A stretch of DNA of 63,825 bases, counting the filler, from Octopus bimaculoides (Eukaryota), in assembly GCF_001194135.2 (NCBI RefSeq). It is 4 parts of 4 records of this genome, joined end to end, with 100 filler letters (N's around TTAATTAATTAA, not from the genome) between each part and the next. Parts side by side here need not be neighbours in the genome. Positions count along the whole stretch, not along the records: positions 35,438 to 61,510 come from NC_068987.1; positions 61,611 to 63,825 come from NC_069004.1; 2 more parts are not named here. One strand, written 5' to 3'. The notes beneath the pieces were generated by a model. That model did not search any database and was not told the origin of the DNA. It saw nothing but the letters and a program-made list of their open reading frames with translations. This document shows, one piece after another, positions 53,010-63,825 of this stretch. The translations under genes were made by a program, and so were the position numbers. Numbering within the stretch: position 1 is the stretch's first letter; every line of letters begins with the position of its first letter.

Positions 53010-53270
53010 ATTAATCTAATTCGTCTATAGCATTCCTTTTTTTATCTTCTTTTTTATTTGTGTATGGTGTATCGTATCTAGTTCCATGATTCCTAAGTAT
53101 TAGTATGTCTGGCTTTGGTTCTAAATTTCTTACTTTATTTACGTTATCTAGTGAGATATTGTTACTCTTAACTAGTTTTCCTATTTTCAAGGTTGTTTGG
53201 CACATTTTTCTAAGCCTAATTTCATGTTTATTTCTTTGGTAAATCCACGTTTCTTTTGTTGTTGTTGTCG
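53010..53270 (-). mobile_element. R4/Dong-like LINE RT fragment
   Basis: FTKEINMKLGLEKCA..GKLVKSNNI..(Y)LGIMELD..HTQIKKKIKKECYRRIR. Confidence 0.8.
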
Positions 53271-53290
53271 TTGTTATTATTATCATTATT

Positions 53291-53350
<60 letters not shown>

Positions 53351-53399
53351 GTCGTCGTTGTCGTTGTCGTCGTCATCATCATCATCATCGTTATTATTA

Positions 53400-54600
53400 T
53401 ATGATTGACTTTTACTTTGTATTTCTACAAGTTGCTTCCAAGAGATCTCAAGAAACAACAATTTAGAAGTTCGAGTTGGTGTTATGCTTAGGGCACCATT
53501 TATTTGGTTTTACACATAGTATTGATAGTATTATTCTAGAGAATGCTTAAGAAAATATAAGAAAATTTTAAGTTCGTTTTACAACTTGAGATAACTGAGA
53601 CACTATGTTACGTAGGATATGGACAGTTCTCATGAGCACAATCTTCTCCACTTTTGCCATTTTGGGGTTTCCTGGTATCGGAGCTAGGTAGGAATCAGCC
53701 CCTTTTTCTATCATTCCTAGGGAACGTATGGCAGCAGATATTCTTTCGTCTTGAGGTTCCACATTTTGCCAATTTTTATTTTAAGATCCTTATACTTGTT
53801 CAGTTTTTGGTAGGTCTTCACAGATATATTTATGTCTGCATTTTCATCAGATCCAGACTGGTCTATAGTTATTTCCCCAGTAGTATCTTCTTTAGCTGCA
53901 GCTTCGTTCCTTTTATCCCTTACTGATTGTTTAATTTGGTCAATCTCTATTTCAGTAAGTAATTTATTTTTCATAATGTTTCTTCTGATGTTGGTAAGTT
54001 TGTTACTATGTAGGATCGTACTTCAAGGTGCTTCTATCTCCAGTTTAGACAGGTTTGTTTCAGTATTAGATTTATTTGTGGGTAATATATAGCATGATAG
54101 AAGGTCTTAAGAACTTCTTCATTATCTCCCCTAGACCATTTTCATTCCTTTTCTTTTGGTTATTTGATGACGATGGTGGATGGCCATCTGCTGGAATATT
54201 CCGGTTGTGGGGTACTTCCAGCTCCTGTTTCTCGGGAGGATTTGAACCATTGGCTAATTTTTCGTACCCAGTCTTGTTCCTCACTGGGAAACACGGCCCT
54301 TGTTGACACGGGTGATGGCAGATCCGGTTTGTATTTTGCTGTTATCATCAAGGCATGACGAACTTGGACGTTGACATTAGGGGGCGGATCTCTGTTTAGG
54401 ATTAATTTTTTGAGACAGCACCGCCTCCGAGTTCTCTGAATGAAAGCATTTGTTAAGGGTAACAAATTTGTGTTCGTCTGTATTTTTTTTGTTGATAGAT
54501 TTATCTCCGGGCATTGATTTTTGTGTGATTTTAAACTTATGAATTGTTCACTCTGTGTTAGTTCGAAAAATAACAGAAAACAGTTTTGTAATTTTTTTTT
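53400..54600 (-). mobile_element. Internally deleted R4/Dong-like LINE (5' region fused to endonuclease C-terminus and 3' UTR)
   Basis: N-terminal KWSREDNEE..NIRRNIMKNKLLTEIEI; C-terminal KYKDLKIKIGKMWNLKT..SLGMIEKG..IPGNP; 3' end abuts (TAA)n. Confidence 0.8.
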
Positions 54601-55021
54601 TTTGCTTCGTTTGTGACACGTGTTTTCATATGTGTGTATGTGTGTCCTGTAAATTTCACGTTGTTGTGTATACATTGGGGTGCATGTGTGGTCCTATGGG
54701 TATTAAAATTTATACATAATTTTGTAGCCATTCGAGTGTATGCGTAATTAATCAATTTACGTACTTACTGTCTTGTTCCACTTATATTTAATAATTTGTA
54801 AGACTTCCGATTTTGATTTCGCATGTGCCTTTCGCACACGTTTCACTGAAACATCGCGCATGAGAGAAACAGTGCTTTTATAGCCGTAAAATTTCGTTTT
54901 TGTGATTATTTTCGTTAGAAGGCCGCTTCCTTCAAATCTTCCACAGGTTCCTTTATCCATTCCACCGATGTTATTAGATTAGATTTGTTTTTGAATGGAA
55001 AGCCATGTAGAACATCCATGC

Positions 55022-55063
<42 letters not shown>

Positions 55064-55189
55064 CATTATTATTATTATTGAATACATAAGGCTTGTTTTC
55101 GAATGCACGAGGTTGGTGCAGCTTAAAACATTTATTTACACCCATTTGGTGCTTATTTGCATTATTTACTTCATTGTAAGTTGTCAATA

Positions 55190-58100
55190 GAAACACCGGG
55201 AACTTGTTACTGGTTTTCTACGTTTCTTTAGCCTTTCTAGGGGCTATATTCAGCCAACAAAATAAGTTTGGTGGGTGTTTAATTTAATTTAAGCAAACAC
55301 AACTCAACAAGATGGTGGAGCGCGTCTTGAAAGAGTTGAGAAAAAACAAAACATCCCTTCCTACAAATCTGGTGAGTGCTGAAGATTTCCCTCCTCTTAC
55401 CTCCGTTACTGGCAACAATGCAAGTGAGGGGGATGCGTAAAACGAAACTGTTACGGCAGAAAGTCTACCCCATAGTAACAGCAGCGGTAGCAGTGACAAC
55501 AGCAGCCGCAGCAGCAGTACTCGTACAGCAACTGCAGCAGCAGTAGCGTTAGCAACAACACCAACAATGATATCAAAAGTGACAACAGCAACGACAACAA
55601 AACCAATACCAAAAGCATCGACAAGAACAACGACAATAACAACAATTGCGGCTTCAGCAGCAGCAACAACAGCAACAACAACAGCGAGAACATTGCTAAC
55701 AACAAAAGTACGTACGTGGCAGCAGCAGCGAAAGAAAAACAACACTTTGCCGTGGACTTCACAAATAGGGACAAAATGCTAATGCAGGCATAGAAACTAA
55801 TTAAACAAGTATAAACATGGGCCAATCTAATTATTCTGTCAGAAGCAATAGAAGCTGTGGAGAGAAGAACGGTGGTTTTCAGACGCTACTCAGTAGAGAC
55901 GAAAAGAGCGCCTTTAATAGCCCAAGTAGATATTGGGGTGGCGCTGAGGTGTATCAGAAATGACATCGAGTACATAGCGAGGGGCAAACAATACGGCACC
56001 ATTTTGGTGCTGTTTAAGTCAGAAGGCCTCGCTATGAAACATTCAGTAACCCCTTGCAAAACCAGTGAAGTCATTATGTTCCCTCCCACATGGGGAAACG
56101 TACAGCACGTGTTTGCATTCCTTGGATCCCACCGGGACTTGATATGTGGTGGATTCTGGGATGCGTAATCGTGGAGGGGACGGATACTGTCCTGATAGAG
56201 GTGACAATAACTACCAGGGAGGACTGGTCCGGGGTTGACCTGGAGATACTTCTCCAGATCAGTCCCGAAAACATTAAAAAAAATTCTGGACCACACCCGT
56301 CTCCAGAACGGAACAGTGATACATATCATGACTGTGCGAGCTCGCTGCCCCCAACTGGTATAAAATGCAAGGGGTCAAAGGCGTTCACTGCTGCCTGTGC
56401 TTGAACGAGGACCACAAACAGCATCAGTACCGACAAAACCATCAGCAACAACACCAAAGACATTAACCACCCTAGAGGGAAACAAGGAAAGCTCTCTCAC
56501 TCCCTTCACACCAAACAAAAATACTCGCATAAACAAGATTATAAACATACGCACTGATACAGACACACTTACAACAGACCCCTCATCTTCCAGAAGAGAA
56601 GATGAAGGAATACCAAAAGGTAAAAAAAAGCACAAAAGGAAAACTCCACAAAGCATAACAACACCCACGCAAATATCTCTCCAAAAGCACCAACACCAAA
56701 ACAAGCAACTATATCACTATCACTAGAACCCTCTAAACGCAAATAACCTAAACAGATACGAGAACAAACACTCACATAAACATCTAAAACTGCAGATACT
56801 ACACTCATATAAAACACAGACACAACTGAAACAACATCAACAAGACCATCACCATCACAGTCAAGCAAACAAATTAAATAATACCAACACAAACCACCCA
56901 GCTTCGTACACATCAGAAGGGACAACGAGGAATTGATGGCCCACGTTACACAGAACATTGAATTTTAAACAGCGGGGAGTAATATTGAAATGGAGCACAT
57001 TTCGCGTAACAGACAATTTATTTCTGATGCGAATGTCGCTCGATTCCTACACAAAAATTCGAGAGAGTTTTCTGGAGGACATGTGAACCGCGAACGTGTA
57101 ACCCACATCGAGGAACTTAAAGTTGTTCCAAAAAAAAAAGCAAAAAAATAACTCCACTAATTACAGAAGTCGAACCACCAGAACTTCGCAAGACGCCGGA
57201 AGGTAAGTAAACCTTACCCTTCTCTTTTTAGCTTGTCAACCTGGCCATATTAAGAGTAGGGTTTTTGAATGTTCGAGACCTGGGTTCGCCCTGAAAGCAA
57301 GGGCGCCTGCTCAACGACCTCAACCTCTAGAATTGGATATAAGTGCTGTCAGTGAGACCAGGATTTCCAGTACACGCGCACTGGCTCCCAGAAGGCTATC
57401 AGATCTTTGCATCTCTTAGTCGGCCGGGAATGGGAGTGGCAGTGCTGTTTAGGAAAGAACTGGATCTCGAGGCAAGTCGATCTTCCAGGATCCGGAAGAG
57501 AAGTTGGTGATCCTGGACGTGAGCAATATTGAAAGTAGGGACTTTAGACTCATGGCCGTCTACGCCCCTACCGGAGCCAAACGATCGGATTTCTTTAGGC
57601 GTCTGGTAGCCTTTCTAGGAACGTCTCGCCCTTTACTGTTAGTAGGGGACTGGAACGGAATCTTAGACCAACACTGGGATTGTGTGGGAGTAGCTGATAA
57701 AAGAGGGGTTCAAAAACCTTAAACACCTAATCAGCCAGTTCCAACTGTCTGACAGGTACCGACGAGATTTCCCTAATGCACCAGTGTGGTCCTCGACTAA
57801 CCGCTTAGGATCATCTAGATCGTATATAGATAGGATTTTCACTAGAAAAATAGATAATAATAATGCAAGATGTCCACTTTTTAAAGCAGTCACCTATTCA
57901 GACCATAAGTCTGTAATATGTACGGTCGACCTAAATAAGACGCGTAGGTTAGAACCCAGGTACTGGAATCTGAACATGTCGTTTACAGTACGTAAGGCTT
58001 CAGGATGCCCTTGTCGGCTGTACGAGACGTAAGTCTCCCGGTTTAGATGATATTCCCCATGACCATTACGTAAAATATTCCAGACTTCGATCTCCGATCT

Positions 58101-58920
58101 CCTCGAAGCGCTCTACTACAACTAGCAGCTGAATAGGAGTATTTCCAGTTCTATGAGTCGGGACGTAGTGATGTTAATAAGGAAAGACGAAAACAAGATG
58201 GACATATTAGATAATTTCAGGCCTATAACTTTGTTTAAAACAGAGTATAAGATTTTGCCCAAGGTATTAGCGAAAAGGTTAGCGCTTGTCGTTGAGTATT
58301 TGGTTGGGGAGAAGCAAACCTGCGCAATCCCGACTAGGTCCATACACGACAACCTCCACTTCATGCGATACATCATAGAAAGTGTAGGATGTAAACCTGG
58401 CTTCGGTGCGGTGCTGATCAATTTAGATCAATCGAAAGTATTCGATATGGTCGACCATCGATATCTAGAGGCTGTCTTCAAAGCGGCTGGCTTCGGCCCC
58501 GTTTTCAGAGGTTGGATCGCTGCAATGCATCTGCTCGGTGGTCAAAGTTAATGGTCACGTCTCGGGATCGTTTCAGGTCCCCCGATTGGTCCGTCAAATG
58601 TATTCTCTCTCCTATTTTCTGTGCGTATTTACCCTTGAGCCTCTACTGCGGACGAACCGGCAATGTTGCAGAAATCGAGACAACTCAGTACCATGGAAAT
58701 CAGGCATAGACAACTTTTTTCGAGAAGTGGGCCACATGATATATGGATCATCGATGAACGGGATGAGTTACTAAAAACATTAAAGATTATTTTTCGTTTG
58801 TGGTGCCATTCAGAACGCCGCAGGTTTTCCAAGACTGATGGAAATCGTTTATCAACATGCAAGAAATAACAGTGAAATCTACAAACCAGGCGCCTACCTT
58901 CTTAAGAATGGGAGGGAACA
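55190..58920 (+). mobile_element. Tx1/L1-clade LINE, decayed, 3' part largely deleted
   Basis: ORF1 from ATG 55313; ORF2 APE (AVSETR, AVYAPT, LVGDWNGILD, YIDRIF, SDHK) and RT (NFRPITLF, LDQSKVFDMVDH). Confidence 0.9.
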
Positions 58921-59872
58921 ATGAATAGTATAGACATGAGAATATGTCAGTAGAGACAACGATATAGTTACAGGTGTAATGCATTTGAATACTTGAATGC
59001 AAGTTTGTTCAAACAGTGTTAATATCTAGAGAAGAAAGAGATATAATTTTTTTTTTATGGGGTGGAAATCAGCATAACAAAATGTTGAATGACGGGAAAT
59101 AGAGACTAAACTAAAATTAAAATGTAAATAAGATAGCAAAGACAAATGGAATCATACAAAATGTTCTAAAATATTCGGCAAATTACTTTTATCTTTAGAT
59201 CCATGTTTACTTCGAACAATATACAAATTAACTTTTCGAAAAGTCAATTGCGCATCCTTACAGATGTGATTGTTATAAATTATGTAAATACATACTAGAA
59301 CCCATCGATAGCGTTAATCCATTGATTTTCAGTTGATAATATTTGACATCAACAGGTGACCTAAAAACTGGTGGGAGTGTTAAATACATCGAGAATTGTA
59401 CTCGTGCGACACAAATTTTGTAGGCAAAGATTAAATAAAACAAAATCAAACCACATTCTTATTAAAACAAAAGATACACAGTTCAGCTAGTTCGTTAGTT
59501 AGCTAAGACCATGCATGCTTTCAGCATAACCTTGGTTACAAGACTGACCCCCCCAAAAAAAAATTTAAAACATCAGAAATGAACTGAAATAATACAAAGC
59601 ACATTGTCCAAAGTGCTAAAAATTCTGCTCACCCAACGACATTTTCACAGATTAGCTTTTCGCACATTTATTAGACATACTATGAATATTAATATTTATA
59701 TAAGATATATAATTTCTAAACATGCCAGCGACCCGGGGTCATTTGTACGGTGCTGTTCAACGTATCGGTATTTAAGTAGTCACTCGCATAACATGAACGA
59801 ATGTATGTACGTATGTATGTATGTATGAATGAATTTTTGTATGTATATACATATATATATATACATACATAT

Positions 59873-59929
<57 letters not shown>

Positions 59930-60249
59930 NNNNNNNNNNNNNNNNNNNNNNNNNNNNNNNNNNNNNNNNNNNNNNNNNNNNNNNNNNNNNNNNNNNNNNN
60001 NNNNNNNNNNNNNNNNNNNNNNNNNNNNNNNNNNNNNNNNNNNNNNNNNNNNNNNNNNNNNNNNNNNNNNNNNNNNNNNNNNNNNNNNNNNNNNNNNNNN
60101 NNNNNNNNNNNNNNNNNNNNNNNNNNNNNNNNNNNNNNNNNNNNNNNNNNNNNNNNNNNNNNNNNNNNNNNNNNNNNNNNNNNNNNNNNNNNNNNNNNNN
60201 NNNNNNNNNNNNNNNNNNNNNNNNNNNNNNNNNNNNNNNNNNNNNNNNN

Positions 60250-60576
60250 ACGTGAAAAGCTACATTCGAGCGTGGTCGTTGCCAGTGCTGCCGGACTGGC
60301 TCCCGTGCAGGTAGCACGTAAAAAACACCTTTTGAGCGTGGTCATTGCCAGCACCACCTGGCTGGCCTTCGTTCCAGTGGAACGTAAAAGCACCCACTAC
60401 GCGCTCGGAGTGGTTGGTGTTAGGAAGAGCATCCAGCTGTAGAAACTTTGCCAGATCAGATTGGAGCCTGGTGCAGCCATCTGGTACGTCAGTCCTCAGT
60501 CAAACTGTCCAACCCACGCCAGCGTGGAAAGCGGACGTTAAACGACGACGACGATGATGATGATGATGATGATGAT
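60250..60576 (+). mobile_element. RTE LINE 3' end, cut by gap
   Basis: Matches 27670-27977, including tandem units and (GAT)n tail. Confidence 0.9.
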
Positions 60577-60722
60577 TCATACATATATGCACGAGTGTGT
60601 GTGTGCATATACGTATATGTGCGTGCGTGTGTGTGTTTGTGTGTGTGTGTGAGTGTATGTTTGAGCTTGTGTGTAACGTAGTACGTACATACACTAATGT
60701 AAATATAAATACATATAGAAAT

Positions 60723-60794
<72 letters not shown>

Positions 60795-61348
60795 TAGATA
60801 GATAGATAGATAGATATATGATAGACTTAGATGAATAGGTAAAGAGATATGTTTAAATATATACACATACGCACACGTGTCTATATATAAACTTCTCATA
60901 TCATTCACTCTTCCCGTGTGTATAGGTGCGTTTTTGTGAGTGTGTATGCGCGTATGTACCTCTGTGTGTGTGCATGTATGTGTGGTGGTCCATATCGAAT
61001 ATTTGTCCTTCCCAGTTCCTCGACAAAATTCACATATTGGAATGCTTCAGAATAATATTTCAACGTTAGAACACTAGCACATCATTTTTCTTTTCTGCCC
61101 ATATTTAATACATTAAATTCCTAGTATATTTTTTTTCTAGTGACAGTTTCGAAAATATTTCTGTACACAGATATTTTCATATATATAGATATAGGATATC
61201 TCCCTCCCCCCTCACTCTCTCTCTCTCTCTCAGACTCAAACACGCGCACGCGCACAATCACACACACAAACACAAATATATATACTCATAAATATATCTA
61301 TCTATCTAAATATATACACACACACACATATATATGTATATAAGTGTG

Positions 61349-61395
<47 letters not shown>

Positions 61396-61975
61396 GTTTA
61401 TATACATATAATATATATATATATATATATTCAATACATACAGGAATATACATATATAAATAAATATGCATACACACACACGTAAATATGCATATATATG
61501 CACATATATANNNNNNNNNNNNNNNNNNNNNNNNNNNNNNNNNNNNNNNNNNNNTTAATTAATTAANNNNNNNNNNNNNNNNNNNNNNNNNNNNNNNNNN
61601 NNNNNNNNNNTATATATATAGACACACACACACAAACACACATTACTTTTGAATTTGATCTAAGTTTTTTTCACACAACTTTATTATAATTAAAAAAACA
61701 AACACCTTTAAATTATATAATTAAGATTAATTAGGTGTATAATTAATGATATTACCTTTCGTTGATTTCATTATTTCGTTCGCTATTTATATATATATAT
61801 TTTTTTACGTTGTACTGTTTTAAAGACATGCACACATTCAATGTCGTCTAGACATACAACATATACACACCATATGGATAACAACAAATAAATAAATAAA
61901 TAAATAAATAAAAATAGAGCGTTGGTACCAAAAATTTAGCACAAAAATCAGACTCTGCAATGTAATTTGTCATTG

Positions 61976-62006
61976 ACATCCGGTACAATGCAATTTGACT
62001 TCCGGT
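61976..62006. promoter_or_regulatory. Candidate core promoter with two ETS sites
   Basis: ACATCCGGT (61976-84) and ACTTCCGGT (61998-62006) in a CpG-retaining unique patch, 20 bp before ATGGCG. Confidence 0.4.
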
Positions 62007-62025
62007 TAGACTCGTAGAAAATACA

Positions 62026-62084
62026 ATGGCGGTTTCTTCCTGTCAAGATGACGACGCGTCTTTTAGAAGTCATTCAACTGTATT
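62026..62084 (+). CDS. Candidate first coding exon MAVSSCQDDDASFRSHSTV, unknown gene
   Basis: ACAATGGCG start context; GTAAGA donor at 62085 pre-empts the in-frame stop; no homology recognised. Confidence 0.3.
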
Positions 62085-62355
62085 GTAAGATGGTTAAACC
62101 AAATAAAACGGATGTTCTTAGCTTGAACTTTTACAAGGCGACTGATGCTGTTAATCGCTCATTCACTCTTTTATGGCCGATTCGTACTCTCGTACAGAAC
62201 AGGAGGTCAGTTTGTGAAGTGTTCGTCATAGTTTTATAGCGTAAATATAAAGGAGGAAAACTACTGCTTGTCTATATTTTCAAATTGTAATTGCTGGCTG
62301 CTACACACATAGACACACACACACACACACACATGCATACACCCACACACACATA

Positions 62356-62388
<33 letters not shown>

Positions 62389-62405
62389 GCATATATATAT
62401 GCATA

Positions 62406-62453
<48 letters not shown>

Positions 62454-62495
62454 GTCTATCTATCTATCTATCTATCTATCAGTCTATCTATCTAT

Positions 62496-62822
62496 CGGTT
62501 ACGACGTCGAGGGTTCCACAGTTGATCTGATCAACGGAACAGCCTGCTCGTGAAATTAATGTGCAAGTGGTTGAGTGCTCCACAGACACGTGCACCCTTA
62601 ACGTAGTTCTCGGTGAGATTCAGCGTGACACAGAGTGTGACAAGGCTGGCCCCTTTGAAATACAGGTACAACAGAAACAGGAAGAAAGAGTGAGAGAAAG
62701 TTGTGGTGAAAGAGTATAGCAGGGTTCGCTCCCCACCTCTGCCGGAGCCTCAGGGAGCTTTTGGTGTTTTTGCTCAATAAACACTCACAACGCCCGGTCT
62801 GGGAATCGAAACCGCGATCCTA
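62496..62822 (-). mobile_element. SINE family B variant with a different central segment
   Basis: 3' body matches 2652-2935; B box GGTTTCGATTCCC on minus strand. Confidence 0.8.
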
Positions 62823-63286
62823 CAAACTATCTATCTTTCAAAATTGCACAAAACAACAAAAATAGAAGAAAGGGACAGGTGAGGGAACAANNNNNNNNNN
62901 NNNNNNNNNNNNNNNNNNNNNNNNNNNNNNNNNNNNNNNNNNNNNNNNNNNNNNNNNNNNNNNNNNNNNNNNNNNNNNNNNNNNNNNNNNNNNNNNNNNN
63001 NNNNNNNNNNNNNNNNNNNNNNNNNNNNNNNNNNNNNNNNNNNNNNNNNNNNNNNNNNNNNNNNNNNNNNNNNNNNNNNNNNNNNNNNNNNNNNNNNNNN
63101 NNNNNNNNNNNNNNNNNNNNNNNNNNNNNNNNNNNNNNNNNNNNNNNNNNNNNNNNNNNNNNNNNNNNNNNNNNNNNNNNNNNNNNNNNNNNNNNNNNNN
63201 NNNNNNNNNNNNNNNNNNNNNNNNNNNNNNNNNNNNNNNNNNNNNNNNNNNNNNNNNNNNNNNNNNNNNNNNNNNNNNNNNNNNNN

Positions 63287-63343
<57 letters not shown>

Positions 63344-63751
63344 ACGTGTGTATGTGTCTGTATGTGTGTGTATATGTGTGTACACATACGCACGCACACA
63401 CACACAACAAAACACGTACACGCATACACACACAGACCCATATATGTATATTTACACATATACTTATAAATATATACACATTCTTCTCAAAATATGTATA
63501 AAACTCTCAGTCTCTCAACATATACATACAAACACACGCACAAACATGCAAACACATATATATACATACATACATATATATATATATACACATACATACA
63601 TACACAAGCACACACGCATATCTACATACACACACACATACATACATAATGCATAAATACATACATGTGTGTATATATATTATGTGCTTAAACTTGTGCA
63701 TGTCTGCGTGTATAAGTGTATGAGTTTGAATGTGTGTGTGTGTGTGTGTTT

Positions 63752-63825
<74 letters not shown>

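Overview
Eukaryotic, AT-rich, microsatellite-saturated scaffold with many N gaps. The SINE families, LINE families and simple-repeat load point to an octopus genome (inference, not a database result). No complete host gene can be supported. Most listed ORFs are microsatellite artefacts or decayed transposon pieces. Recognisable mobile DNA: tRNA-derived CORE-type and Nin/Deu-type SINEs; RTE, CR1/L2, Tx1/L1 and restriction-like-endonuclease (R4/Dong/NeSL-like) LINE fragments; a Mag-type Gypsy; a Penelope-like element; several Tc1/mariner copies; hAT and piggyBac-type MITEs; and foldback elements. The standout is RNA-level: three unrelated hammerhead-ribozyme families. (1) A non-coding, terminally redundant 350-nt unit at 8729-9342 carries a type I hammerhead and folds almost completely as a circle, i.e. 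a retrozyme-like circular-RNA retroelement. (2) A Penelope terminal repeat joins a tRNA-like Pol III head to a minimal hammerhead (37703-37920), with a chimeric copy at 6166-6460. (3) A third degenerate minimal hammerhead lies at 43538-43573. A candidate ETS-driven promoter and first coding exon lie near 62 kb. All folds and alignments were done by eye and need computational confirmation.
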